Assembly: GCA_963789465.1 (NCBI GenBank) | Contig: CAWBLL010000019.1 | Location: 782,173-846,172, forward strand | Reading direction: 5' to 3' | Origin: an uncultured Bacteroidales bacterium | GTDB lineage: Bacteria; Bacteroidota; Bacteroidia; Bacteroidales; VadinHA17 | Length of the DNA stretch: 64,000 nt | Shown: in pieces, positions 49,211 through 59,742 of the stretch | Layout of the letters: every line of letters begins with the position of its first letter | How positions within the stretch are numbered: the first letter of the stretch is position 1 | The notes under the pieces: model-generated | Seen by the model: the letters and a program-made list of their open reading frames with translations, nothing else | What the model was told of the DNA's origin: nothing | Database searches by the model: none | Translations under genes and position numbers: made by a program

Positions 49211-49609
49211 TCACATCTGTGGCTGAAGAAGACTCAATCTGTTGCCTTCAGTATCGATGAAAGAGATATAAGAACCCACACCAGGAATTTCCACTGGTTC
49301 TCCAAGTACCGTACCTCCCGATTTTTTCACTCTATCTGATGCTTCCTTAATGTCATCAACTGCAATTACGAGAGAAGGGTGTTGAGCAGGGTCCCCGGGT
49401 TTAACAGTATAAAATCCGCCGTTAATAGCTCCTGGCGTTACAGGACGTCCCTTCTCATCAGCTTGTGTTGTTGATACAGTTATGTAGTTGCCCATATCTT
49501 CTCCAAGCATCTGCATCTCCCAGCCAAAAGCTCCGCTGTAGAAATTTGCCATCCGCACCCTGTCTGCAGCCGGCAGTTCAAAATGTACCACAGGATTCAT
49601 CTTTTTCAT
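49211..49609 (-). CDS. VOC/glyoxalase family protein
   Basis: VVHFELPA, FYSGAFGW, INGG, VEIPGVG, FIDTEGN. Confidence 0.9.
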   Translation of the reverse strand: MKKMNPVVHFELPAADRVRMANFYSGAFGWEMQMLGEDMGNYITVSTTQADEKGRPVTPGAINGGFYTVKPGDPAQHPSLVIAVDDIKEASDRVKKSGGTVLGEPVEIPGVGSYISFIDTEGNRLSLLQPQM

Positions 49610-49812
49610 GATATCACATATTTGAGGTAAGTAAAATCATATATAGTTTCAGTCTGGTTTAAAATAATCTTCACAATAGTTAGAAACAAATAATCAATCG
49701 GCAGGTTCAAAATGGCATTAGTATTCTTACAGGCTTTTTTGTCCTATCACTCAACCCTTTGTGTTTTCTTGTGTTTAATAAATGCATAATTTAGTGGCTT
49801 GGTCCCGATCAA

Positions 49813-51882
49813 ATGATCAGAGCCATGAATCTGTGCACGAAACATCTTATCTTCTTTTCTATGACTTCAATAAGTTTTATTTCCAGTAAAAGCGAAAAAA
49901 ATCCGCCAGCCGAAACAAGTGATGATTTCTCCTATTTCGTCGAGCAGTTCGACGATATGCGCGTTCTGAAATATAAATTACCTGGATTTGAAAATCTTAC
50001 GCTTCAGCAAAAGGAATATCTGTTCTATCTGAGCCAGGCAGCTCTTTCCGGCAGGGATATATTGTGGGATCAGAATTTCAGGTACAATCTGAAAATAAGA
50101 AAGACACTTGAAGCGATTATACGCAGTTACTCCGGCGACAGGGAATCATCAGATTACAAATTGTTTCTGACCTATGCAAAAAGAGTATTCTTTGCAAACG
50201 GGATTCATCATTTCTATTCAAGCGATAAAATGAAACCTGATTTTACTCCTGAATATTTTGCCGTACTCGTTAAGGGAAGCTCTGCAGGTGAAATGCCTCT
50301 TTCGGCCGGAGAGAAGGCTGACGAGCTTGTTTCAGCGCTTACTCCAATAATTTTCAATGAGCATTTATTCCCGCGTAAAGTTGAACAGAAAGCTGGCTCT
50401 GACATGGTTGCAGAATCGGCTTCAAATTTTTACGAGGGAGTTACCCAGGCAGAAGCAGAGAATTTCTATGCAGCCAAAGTTGTACCGGATGACCCTCACC
50501 CTGTTTCTCTTGGTCTCAATGCAAAATTAGTGAAAGTAAACGGGAAGATTACAGAGGAAGTATATAAATCCGGAGGCAAATACGGACCTGCTATTGATAC
50601 CATTATAACCTGGCTTGAAAAGGCTGCATCAGTTGCAGAGACTGATCTCCAGAAAAAGGAGATTAACCTTCTTATAAACTATTATAAGTCAGGTGATCTC
50701 AAACAATGGGATGAGTACAATGTCACATGGGTCAGGAATGCTGATCCTATGGTGGATTATATAAACGGATTTATTGAGAATTATGAGGATCCACTCGGTA
50801 TGAAAGCGACATGGGAAGCTATTGTTGATTATACCGACATGGACGCGACAAAACGGACCAGGATCATCACTGACAATGCCCAGTGGTTTGAAGATAATTC
50901 TCCTGTCCAGCCGGAGTACAGGAAAGATAAAGTTTCCGGAATTGCTGCAAAGGTGATAAACATTGCCATGCTTGGCGGTGATTGCTATCCTGCTTCGCCC
51001 CTTGGCATTAACCTTCCCAATGCCGACTGGATCAGAAAGGAGATAGGATCAAAATCCGTCACACTGGCTAATATTACAAATGCCTATGATGTGACATCAC
51101 AGGGAAACGGTTTCCTGGAGGAATTTGCTGCGGATGACAGAGAAGTCTCCAGAATAAAAAAGTGGGGTTCTATTGCGGATGCGCTCCATACTGATCTGCA
51201 TGAATGCGTAGGCCATGCCAGCGGCAAGCTGGCGGCAGGGACAGATCCGAATGCCCTTAAGAATTATGCTTCATCGCTCGAAGAGGCACGTGCGGACCTG
51301 TTTGCACTTTATTTTATGATGGACAAAAAGATTACAGACCTTGGTCTCCTTCCTGATGGCGAAGCTGCCGAAGCAGGATATGATGCCTATCTCAGAAACG
51401 GTTTGCTCACACAGGTTGTCAGGATAAAACCAGGAAAAAATATCGAGGAGGCCCACATGCGTTGCAGATCAGCTATTGCACACTGGGTTTTTCAAAAAGG
51501 CAAGAAAGACAATATCCTTGGGTTTGTCAGGAAAGATGGCAAAACTTATATAAAGATCAACAATTATCAAAAGCTCAGGAGCCTCTTCGGTAATTTACTG
51601 AAGGAAATTCAGCGTATCAAATCGGAAGGTGATTTTGAAGCAGGCAAGAACCTTATAGAAGGATATGGCGTCAGAGTCAATCCAAAACTTCATGCTGAAG
51701 TGCTTGAACGCTATGCCAGGCTCAAACTTGCACCTTACACAGGATTTCTGAATCCTGTTTTATCTCCGGTATATGATGAGAATGGAAACATTGCCGATAT
51801 AACCGTGAGGTACATAGATGACTACCTCGGACAGATGATGTATTACGGGAAAAATTATTCTTTTCTGAATGGCTCCTCATAA
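49813..51882 (+). CDS. Dipeptidyl peptidase III (peptidase M49)
   Basis: HECVGH zinc motif, EEARAD, GINLPNA, EEAHMR. Confidence 0.93.
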   Translation: MIRAMNLCTKHLIFFSMTSISFISSKSEKNPPAETSDDFSYFVEQFDDMRVLKYKLPGFENLTLQQKEYLFYLSQAALSGRDILWDQNFRYNLKIRKTLEAIIRSYSGDRESSDYKLFLTYAKRVFFANGIHHFYSSDKMKPDFTPEYFAVLVKGSSAGEMPLSAGEKADELVSALTPIIFNEHLFPRKVEQKAGSDMVAESASNFYEGVTQAEAENFYAAKVVPDDPHPVSLGLNAKLVKVNGKITEEVYKSGGKYGPAIDTIITWLEKAASVAETDLQKKEINLLINYYKSGDLKQWDEYNVTWVRNADPMVDYINGFIENYEDPLGMKATWEAIVDYTDMDATKRTRIITDNAQWFEDNSPVQPEYRKDKVSGIAAKVINIAMLGGDCYPASPLGINLPNADWIRKEIGSKSVTLANITNAYDVTSQGNGFLEEFAADDREVSRIKKWGSIADALHTDLHECVGHASGKLAAGTDPNALKNYASSLEEARADLFALYFMMDKKITDLGLLPDGEAAEAGYDAYLRNGLLTQVVRIKPGKNIEEAHMRCRSAIAHWVFQKGKKDNILGFVRKDGKTYIKINNYQKLRSLFGNLLKEIQRIKSEGDFEAGKNLIEGYGVRVNPKLHAEVLERYARLKLAPYTGFLNPVLSPVYDENGNIADITVRYIDDYLGQMMYYGKNYSFLNGSS

Positions 51883-52030
51883 GACAGGTAATAAGGAAGT
51901 GCTTAATAACATTGAGAGTCGGATGAAAAATTGAAAAATCAAAATCTCCTGACCTGTGAGTCAGACAGTGTTTGAGCTAAATCAAAAAAGACTTTTACCG
52001 CCGGATTGAATTCAGGGGTGACGGAGGATA

Positions 52031-53276
52031 TTATTTCATATTCTTCCAGAACCGGGCTTCCGATTTTTGCATATCTTTTCTTTTCTTGCTTTCAAGAAGG
52101 AGATAATAAACCATCCCGACCACAAATGATCCAAAAAGCCCCAGGATGATGTATCGTACGATGCCTGAGATATTTCCCTGTTCTGCAATAATAGCTGTAC
52201 CGGGCTGAGCCTGGATTCCTGCAAATTCTCCTGTTTTGTATGCCACGACAAGACCGAAAATATTCTTCATAAAGAAAAGTGAGAGAAAGGCCAGCAGTCC
52301 TGATACAACAGGAGTCGCAAGCCAGCCCAGTGCAATTTCACCAAGAATTTTTAAATTGATATTCCTGGCACCCTTATACAATCCAATCCCAAGGAGACAT
52401 CCCACTATTACCTGGGAACTGGAAACCGGTACCATTGGAATTGGTGGCAGCCCGATTTTTATAAAGAAGTTGGAGAGAGCTGTCGAAGAAAAGATAAATA
52501 AAACCATCGATTGTGCAAGGACAACCACCAGGGCCGATTCTGAGGAAAGCTCAACAATATTTACTCCGATTGTTTCGATTACTTTTTTCGAGTAGGTAAA
52601 AATCCCGAATGCAATAGCTATTCCGCCAAGAAGAAACAACTGCTGATTGGAATTAAGGGAAAAAATATTCAGATCAAGAACATGAAGGTTGAATGCAGGA
52701 ACAAAAACTCCCATAACATTGGCAATGTTATTTGCACCAAGGCTATAGGCGGCAAAAGCTCCAACTACTATCAGGCCGGTTTTAATATATGATTCAAATC
52801 GTATCAGATGTATTTTTGCAGTTCTTTTAATCTTTTTCAGGGCCACAAACAGAAGAATTGCAAAAACAGCTCCAATAACTGGTCCGGAGATCCATGTGGC
52901 AACGATCTGCGACAGAGCCTTGCTGTCTGTAGGGTTGCCTGTGAAAAAGTTCCAACCGATGATGGCTCCTACAATTGCCTGTGTGGTAGAAACAGGAAGA
53001 GCAAATTTAGTCATCATATATACGGTGGTTGCAGCGGCAAGAGCAACAGTGAATGAACCACCCAATGCATTAACAGAGCCCAGCTTTCCAAGAGTCTGGG
53101 AAGCTCCTGCTCCCTGAATCACTGCTCCCAGAATAACAAAGACAGATGAAACTATTGCCGCTGTTCTGAAATTCACCAGTCTTTGAACCTACGGCCGACC
53201 CGAAAATATTTGAGGCATCATTTGCGCCAAGGGACCAGCCAAGGAAGAGACCGCTTGTCAGGAAAAATAATATCAT
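52031..53276 (-). CDS. Inorganic phosphate transporter (PiT family); apparent +1 frameshift near 53182
   Basis: GWSLGANDASNIFG signature, PVSTTQAIVG, second GANNIAN repeat, PVSSSQ. Confidence 0.9.
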
Positions 53277-53333
53277 CCTTTTGTTATTAAGAATTGTTTT
53301 GTGCCAAACTGATCATTTATTATTTGTTGTGAT

Positions 53334-53395
53334 TGTTGCTGGGTGCCTGGTGCTGGTGCCTGTTGCTTGTTGCTGGTTGCTGGTTGCTTGTTGCA
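53334..53395. repeat. Degenerate heptamer tandem array (TGTTGCT/GGTTGCT, about 9 units)
   Basis: tgttgct gggtgcc tggtgct ggtgcc tgttgct tgttgct ggttgct ggttgct tgttgca; about 22 bp after the reconstructed DUF47 stop. Confidence 0.8.
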
Positions 53396-53416
53396 GTACA
53401 TGAGTCGTGTGTCTCT

Positions 53417-54068
53417 TTACATCATAATCTTTATCGCCATCCCCGAAAGAGATCCGCTGCTTTTTGAGCAAGATCTGAGATATTTTCAATATGATGAAGG
53501 ATATACCTCAGATGTGATTTATGAGCCAGGTCAAGTTCCTTCATCTCCTGGAAGATGATCTTCCTCGTCGACAGTGAAATTTTATCGGTCTCGGATTCAA
53601 AGTAATAAACTTTAAGCAGTTTCTCCCTTACTGTAAAAGGAGCTTTGAAGTAGGCTCTTGCAGCGGGGATCAGCTCTTCAGCGGAGTTTACAGATGTTTC
53701 TGTCAGGCTGATAATGTGTCTTGTTGAGTGATGCGGGAATTTCCGGAACTTCAATGCAGAACTCGTTCAAAGTGCTTTTAATGGCATCTATTATTTCATC
53801 CAGCTCATCGATAAGGGTGCTGACCTCCGCCCTGTGCTGAGGCAGAATGGAGTGAGTAATCATTTCATTCTCTATGGCTCTCTGCAATTTATCTGCATTG
53901 TTTTCAAGCAAATCGACCTTCTGAAGATGCCTGTCAAATGCTGCCATATCCTTATCCAGATAAGCCCTGATACCCTCCCTGAAAACAAGAAGCCCAAGTT
54001 CAATATTGTCAAAGAACTCATCTATCTTCAGAATAAGCTTCTTTGTAGTTCGTGGTAAATACCGGCAT
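53417..54068 (-). CDS. DUF47/PhoU-like phosphate transport regulator; three apparent frameshifts
   Basis: Reconstruction gives ...KKLILKIDEFFD...LENNADKLQRAIE...DEIID...FESETDK...ENISDLAQKAAD; upstream of PiT as usual for DUF47. Confidence 0.82.
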
Positions 54069-54168
54069 ATTATATGATTATTAGGATATTAAAGCAAATT
54101 TAGCAATATTTGGATTATGGACAAGATGACCTTCGTATGATCTTTGATATGATATCCCCGGGAAGGCA

Positions 54169-55540
54169 TCAGAAGTCTATGATCTTCTCCACCCTGTTGT
54201 TTTTAAGATACTGTTTCAGAATAACCTGGATATCCCTGTTGTCGGAAGAGGGCTTAATGCATTCATGCAGGGCAGCTAGTCCGAATCCCATCTCATTGAT
54301 ATTGAAATAACCATATCCCGCATATTTTCCATTGATAATTTTGACGGCGCAACGTTCATCATCGTAACGTCCTTTATCGATGACAAAGAAATTACGTCTT
54401 GTGAAAATAAATTCTTCTATTGCCTTTGAGGCCCGTTCATTATATTCACCGGGTAATTCCTTGCCACAGCATGCTCCCCGGCATATTCCGACCTGATGAT
54501 GGAAACACGGTCCTTCCGTCTCGTAGAGTCCTGATAATTTCTGACAAAGGTTATATCTTTCAACTATTGAATTCGAGCTTTGACCTGGCTTTGTCCTTTG
54601 AGGAGAAAACCGAAACCGGAGTATCATCATTGTCGAGGTTTCCAAACCTGTAATTTATATAACCGTAAAGATCGACGAAGCTGAAAATACCCCAGTTGAA
54701 GTTTGTCCTCCTCTGGGCCCTGTTGTAGACAGGTTTGTTCTTCTTTATTTCCGATGATTCCTTGAGCAGAGCTATCAGTTCGCTGCCGGTCACCTCCCAG
54801 GTGATATCTGCTATCAGATCCCTCATCTCCATAGCACGGTTAGTGGCGTTATTTGACAGATGAGTGCTTATCCTCTGCTGAAGATTCCTGCTTTTCCCGA
54901 TATAAATCAGATCGCCCTTTTCATTGTAGAAATAATAGATTCCGGGTTCATCAGGGATATTTTCAATTCTGGATATATCCAGTTTAGGATGAAGTTTTGA
55001 TAACCGAGTATTCTTCATCAGCCTGGGCCTGCTTCCGCTTAGCTCCCTGTCGCGTTCAAGAAGCAACTCAAAAAGTTTAACGGTTGCAAATGCATCTCCG
55101 GCTGCACGGTGCCTCCTGTTAATATTAATATTCAGATCACTGCAGATATTTCCGAGACTGTATGATCTGTGACCCGGGAAAAGTTTTCTGCTTAGGGCAA
55201 CAGTGTCCAGGATGTTTCTTTTAAAATTAAATCCAAGTGATTTGAATTCCTGTCTTATGAATGAATAATCAAACCTGGCATTATGTGCTACAAATGTGCT
55301 GCCTTCAGTCATTTCGACAATCGTTTTGGCTATCTCATAAAAACGGGGAGCCTTCTCTACCATCTCATTTGTTATTCCGGTAAGATTGGTAATGAAGTAG
55401 GGAATATTTCTTTCAGGATTTATAAGGGAGGAAAACTCTCCTGTTATCTGGTTGCCATCATGAAGATAGATGGCAATCTCAGTGATTTTTTCGATCCTCG
55501 AACTCCCTCCGGTGGTTTCGATATCAACAATCGCATACAT
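54169..55540 (-). CDS. DEDDh 3'-5' exonuclease (DnaQ-like) fused to GIY-YIG (UvrC/Cho-like) nuclease; apparent +1 frameshift near 54570
   Basis: AIVDIETTG, VAHNARFD, HRAAGDA; GIYYFYNEKGDLIYIGKS; C-terminal LCQKL...CFHHQVGICRGAC. Confidence 0.88.
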
Positions 55541-55638
55541 CCCCTGTACTCTCAGTTCCTTTCAATATGCGAATATACTCAGAATTGGCGCCAGTAATTC
55601 CTAATGTTTGTACTTTTGTTGATTAAATATCCACTGGT

Positions 55639-56469
55639 ATGAATGAATGTTTCGGCAAGAATTTTATCCTCAACGGAGAGCTGTATCCTTCGGAGCAATT
55701 TGATAATTCCTTTATATATGAAGGTGATTCGGTGTATGAGGTGCTTCGGATGCTGAATGGCAGCCCTGTATTTTTCAGTGATCACATGGTACGTCTTGCA
55801 TTAAGTGTCAGCCTTCAGGGTAAGGAGATGCTGACTGGCAGCAATGAGCTGAGAAATGCGATTGTCAGCCTGAACAGGTCGGAGAGGAGGAAGGAGGCCA
55901 ATCTTAAAATTGTATTTAACTTCAATGGAGATTCCGTTAACTGGCTTATCTATTTCATTGAACCTATCTACCCTACTTCACAGCAATATGTTAACGGGGT
56001 CAAGGGAATACTGTTTAACGCCCAACGAAAGAACCCTGAATCGAAGGTAATAAATCATAAACTCAGGTCGGAGATATATCACAGGCTTATCCTGGAAGGT
56101 GCCTATGAGGCCCTCCTGGTGAATGATAAAAAAATGGTTACGGAAGGTAGCCGTTCAAATATTTTTTTTATCAGGGATAATATTCTGTATACTGCTCCTG
56201 ATAATCTCATCCTCAATGGGATAACAAGAAAACATATACTCATGATATGCGATGAGGAAGATGTGAGGGTTGAGCTTACTCCCGTCAATGAGGATGATAT
56301 AGGGAAATTTGAATCGGTTTTCATGACAGGCACTTCACCCATGGTCCTTCCTTTCTGTTGCATTGGTGAAAGGGCTTTTAAAGTCGAATCAACACTTATC
56401 CTGAGGCTTCGGCAACTTTATTTGATAAGGGCAAAGGAGAGCATGCGCAGTTTCCGGTCACAATATTGA
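55639..56469 (+). CDS. Aminotransferase class IV (D-amino-acid/branched-chain/PabC-like)
   Basis: VYEVLR, DHMVRL, EALLVN..VTEGSRSNIFF, ILNGITRK, FMTGTS. Confidence 0.85.
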   Translation: MNECFGKNFILNGELYPSEQFDNSFIYEGDSVYEVLRMLNGSPVFFSDHMVRLALSVSLQGKEMLTGSNELRNAIVSLNRSERRKEANLKIVFNFNGDSVNWLIYFIEPIYPTSQQYVNGVKGILFNAQRKNPESKVINHKLRSEIYHRLILEGAYEALLVNDKKMVTEGSRSNIFFIRDNILYTAPDNLILNGITRKHILMICDEEDVRVELTPVNEDDIGKFESVFMTGTSPMVLPFCCIGERAFKVESTLILRLRQLYLIRAKESMRSFRSQY

Positions 56470-56501
56470 AGGATCAGGGAAAATACCGGAGGATAATTTA
56501 T

Positions 56502-56509
56502 TATCTTTG
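56502..56509 (+). promoter_or_regulatory. Bacteroidota -7 element (TATCTTTG)
   Basis: Consensus match 27 bp before ATG 56537. Confidence 0.55.
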
Positions 56510-56536
56510 TGGCAGTTTTAATCTAAAGTGTATTGT

Positions 56537-56830
56537 ATGGCAAGCATCAGAGACCTGAAAAAAGATATCGATTACCTGATTTACGAAGTCATTTCCGACT
56601 GTTTCGTTTTTTCAAATATTCATCCTGATATTAAATCGGATGAATTATCTGCACTAATTTCAGAAGCAGTTGATTTTCGCAACGATTTGATTGCGCGAGT
56701 CAACAATCCTGATGGGAAAGACAATGCAAAAATTGTAAAGGCCTATTACAAAGCCGTTGAAAAAGACCTTCTTACAGGGGTAGATAAACTTTTCACCAGG
56801 CTCAGCGAGATGACGAAGAAGGAGGCTTAA
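56537..56830 (+). CDS. Conserved hypothetical helical protein
   Basis: MASIRDLKKDIDYL...; 97 aa, own promoter element, resembles small conserved Bacteroidales proteins. Confidence 0.7.
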   Translation: MASIRDLKKDIDYLIYEVISDCFVFSNIHPDIKSDELSALISEAVDFRNDLIARVNNPDGKDNAKIVKAYYKAVEKDLLTGVDKLFTRLSEMTKKEA

Positions 56831-57824
56831 AATATTTGTAAACTATATTTCCGCAGCCAGTACACGTTCCGTTATCATCAAGGTTTAATAGTTGTGTTCT
56901 GTAACCTGAACGTACTGTTACGGTTTTGCCGCATACAGGGCACGACGTGTTCTGTCGTGATCCCGTCTGACTGTTGCCAGTGTAAACATGATCAAGAGAT
57001 CCTGATGCAATCCCGGCAAGTCTTTCGATTGTATCTTCAGATGTGGGGTGTTCTTCCCGTTTATACATTGGGAAGTATCTGCTGAGATGGAGTGGTACAT
57101 TTTTCCCAAGTTCACCGGAAATCCATTCCGCCTCCATTGACATTTCCCTTTCATTGTCATTATGACCCGGGATAATGAGGGTAGTGATTTCCAAATGTTT
57201 GCCAGATCGGCTGATCTGCTTTAATCCCTCTTTTACCGGTTCGATATCTGAGCCTGTAAGTGTCCTGTAGAAGTCATTGTTAAAAGCTTTAAGGTCAATA
57301 TTGAATGCATCGATGAAGCTGATTATCTCCTCCAGCGGTTCAGGATTTACAAAGCCGTTGCTTACCATTACCGTATACATTCCAGCCTTTTTAACTTCAA
57401 TGGCAGCATCTCTCATGAACTCAAACCAGATTACCGGTTCATTGTATGTAAAGGCTAGTCCAATATTTCTTTCCGAGGAGGTGGCATCTTCTGCCAGCTT
57501 TTCGGGTGAAATGTTCCTGATCATGCTTTTAGGAATATTCTGGGAGATATGATAATTCTGGCAAAAGTCACATCTCATATTGCAGCCAAAAGAGCCGGCA
57601 GATAAAATATTATATCCCGGGAAAAAATGATAAAGTGGCTTCTTTTCCACAGGATCGAGTGAGTAACCTGATAATACTCCATAAGTTTGCAATTCAATTT
57701 TATTTCCAGTATTCTTCCTTACACCGCAGATACCGCTATTGCCTGATGTTATCCGGCAGAAGTGGGGGCAGAGCAGACACTCGGCTTTTCCCATGCTTAT
57801 CTTATAAAGCTCAGTCATAATCAT
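56802..57824 (-). CDS. amrS: AmmeMemoRadiSam system radical SAM enzyme
   Basis: CLLCPHFC..CGVR, DPVEKKPLYHF, CNMRCDFCQN, FTYNEP, HLSRYFP, C-terminal CPVCG/CTGCG. Confidence 0.92.
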   Translation of the reverse strand: MIMTELYKISMGKAECLLCPHFCRITSGNSGICGVRKNTGNKIELQTYGVLSGYSLDPVEKKPLYHFFPGYNILSAGSFGCNMRCDFCQNYHISQNIPKSMIRNISPEKLAEDATSSERNIGLAFTYNEPVIWFEFMRDAAIEVKKAGMYTVMVSNGFVNPEPLEEIISFIDAFNIDLKAFNNDFYRTLTGSDIEPVKEGLKQISRSGKHLEITTLIIPGHNDNEREMSMEAEWISGELGKNVPLHLSRYFPMYKREEHPTSEDTIERLAGIASGSLDHVYTGNSQTGSRQNTSCPVCGKTVTVRSGYRTQLLNLDDNGTCTGCGNIVYKYFKPPSSSSR

Positions 57825-57977
57825 AAGTCCCTATTGCAAAATTACTACTTTATGCCCAGGATTTTCCGGTTTTTTGCAGAACGTATGCCTAAGAAGGTTA
57901 TTTTTGCTGAACGATCCGGTCTTATGATAGCGTAGGGGAAGATAACAAATTCACATATTGAATATTATACCTGACAA

Positions 57978-58997
57978 ATGGGAAATTCAGAAGAACACAT
58001 CAGAATTCCGTCCGACCAGATGAAAGCCGAGTTTTTCAGAATTCTGCTCAGACTTGGGTTCGCTACTGAAAGAGCCTATAAGTGTGCCGAAATATTTATG
58101 CTTAACAGTCTTGAAGGAGTCTATTCTCACGGGGTATACAGGTTTCCGAAATTCGTGGAGATGGTCAGGAGGGGCCATGTCAGGCCCGAAGGAATGCCTT
58201 CCCTGGTTCAAAAGACTGGATCCATTGAACAGTGGAACGGAAACCTGGGGCCCGGCCCTCTGAATGCCTTATTTGCCACCGAGAGGGCAATGGAGATAGC
58301 GGCAGAAAACAGCATTTCTCTTGTATCACTTGCAAATACGAATCACTGGATGAGAGGAGGTACCTATGGCTGGCATGCTGCAAGAAAAGGCTTTGTATTG
58401 ATCTGCTGGACCAATACATGCCAGAATATGCCGGCATGGGGTGCAAAAGATCCGCGTCTTGGAAACAATCCTTTCATAATGGCCGTACCTTTTCACAAGG
58501 AGGCTATTGTGCTCGACTTTGCCATGTCGCAATTTTCCTATGGCAAGATGGATACCTACCGGAAAGAAGGATTAAAGCTTCCTTTTCCGGGCGGGTTTAA
58601 TTCGGATAACAAACTTACCGATGATCCCGGAGAAATACTTGAAACATGGCGGGCTTTGCCTGTGGGATACTGGAAAGGCGCTGGCCTGTCGCTGTTGCTG
58701 GACATCCTGGCTACGGTGCTTTCAGGAGGTCTGTCAACCCATCAGATCAGTTCCTGTGACACGGAATCAAGTGTCTCTCAGGTGTTCATTGCAATACAGC
58801 TAAAAAACCTGAAAAATTTTCCGGCCATTGTTAATTCAATCGATCAGATCATTGAAAACCTCCATAACTCTGTACCGGAAAAGGAGAGTGTAAAGATTCG
58901 TTATCCGGGTGAAAACATTGCAGGCATCAGAAATGAAAACCTGATGAATGGCATACCAGTAATAAAAAAAATCTGGGAGAAGATAGTTGCCATGTGA
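57978..58997 (+). CDS. yiaK: 3-dehydro-L-gulonate 2-dehydrogenase (2,3-diketo-L-gulonate reductase, Ldh_2 family)
   Basis: GVYSHGVYRFP, GPGPLNA, NTNHWMRGGTYGW, WTNT..NMPAWG, GYWKGAGLSLLLD, RYPGE. Confidence 0.88.
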   Translation: MGNSEEHIRIPSDQMKAEFFRILLRLGFATERAYKCAEIFMLNSLEGVYSHGVYRFPKFVEMVRRGHVRPEGMPSLVQKTGSIEQWNGNLGPGPLNALFATERAMEIAAENSISLVSLANTNHWMRGGTYGWHAARKGFVLICWTNTCQNMPAWGAKDPRLGNNPFIMAVPFHKEAIVLDFAMSQFSYGKMDTYRKEGLKLPFPGGFNSDNKLTDDPGEILETWRALPVGYWKGAGLSLLLDILATVLSGGLSTHQISSCDTESSVSQVFIAIQLKNLKNFPAIVNSIDQIIENLHNSVPEKESVKIRYPGENIAGIRNENLMNGIPVIKKIWEKIVAM

Positions 58998-59006
58998 TAT
59001 TTACCA

Positions 59007-59480
59007 TTACAGCTCTTCTTCAATAATTTCAAAATCAATTTTATTTAATCCGGCAAATTCTTCAGTTTTAATCTTTATTGGTTCTATTACATCGATAAAA
59101 GAAGTACCGAATCTTAAGATTGTTTTTCCACCCTTGTTGAAGTAAAAAATAAGATTTAGTGGAAAAATCTCAATTTTTTTCAATTCAGACGCAACCAACT
59201 CCTTCTGTGGAAGAAACGAGTTCTTCCTGAGTATTATTTTATCAGCCTGTATCTGAATGAACCTTGTTGCCCGGCCAACACCCGCCCAGATCTGGTAGAA
59301 TCCGAATCCCGATAAAAAAAAGACTGTGATCCAGAGTGTCCTGTCTTCTTTTGAGGACCTGATATTGAAGATCATCCAGAAGAGAGCGATGCCTAAGCAT
59401 ACTATTCCGAACAGGATCCTGACTATCTTTAGAAAGTTGCTGCCTTCAGGCTGTCCGAGAAGGAAATATTCAGTTTCCAT
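59007..59480 (-). CDS. Hypothetical two-TM membrane protein
   Basis: Two hydrophobic helices followed by a beta-rich cytoplasmic domain; start taken as ATG 59480. Confidence 0.6.
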   Translation of the reverse strand: METEYFLLGQPEGSNFLKIVRILFGIVCLGIALFWMIFNIRSSKEDRTLWITVFFLSGFGFYQIWAGVGRATRFIQIQADKIILRKNSFLPQKELVASELKKIEIFPLNLIFYFNKGGKTILRFGTSFIDVIEPIKIKTEEFAGLNKIDFEIIEEEL

Positions 59481-59742
59481 ATATATTATTTGCCGCAATT
59501 TATAGTTTTCCCTGCAGATTGGCAAAACAACCAATATTGTCATTCAATAATATTACTGTCTTTCACGAAATTATTCTAATTTTATGCATTGCCTTGTTAC
59601 CCGTACGACATAAAAGTTCAGGTTTAAATTGAGGGCTGAAAGGATTAGATAAACGGTATTTGAGGAAAGAGCAATAAATCGTATAATTTTTTTCATAGCA
59701 TTGACCAATTTACTAGTAATTAATATTTAAATCTTTATCGAA

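Noticed and set aside
20934-55540. SRAP, second ssb, AlkD-like and exonuclease-GIY-YIG as a DNA-repair or defence island
   Set aside because: They are scattered over 35 kb among unrelated housekeeping genes, with no mobility genes or obvious compositional shift.
57906-57941. ATGATAGCGTAGGGGAAG resembles the 3' end of a TPP riboswitch
   Set aside because: No 5' half (GGUGC...CUGAGA...UACCC), and the downstream gene is unrelated to thiamine.
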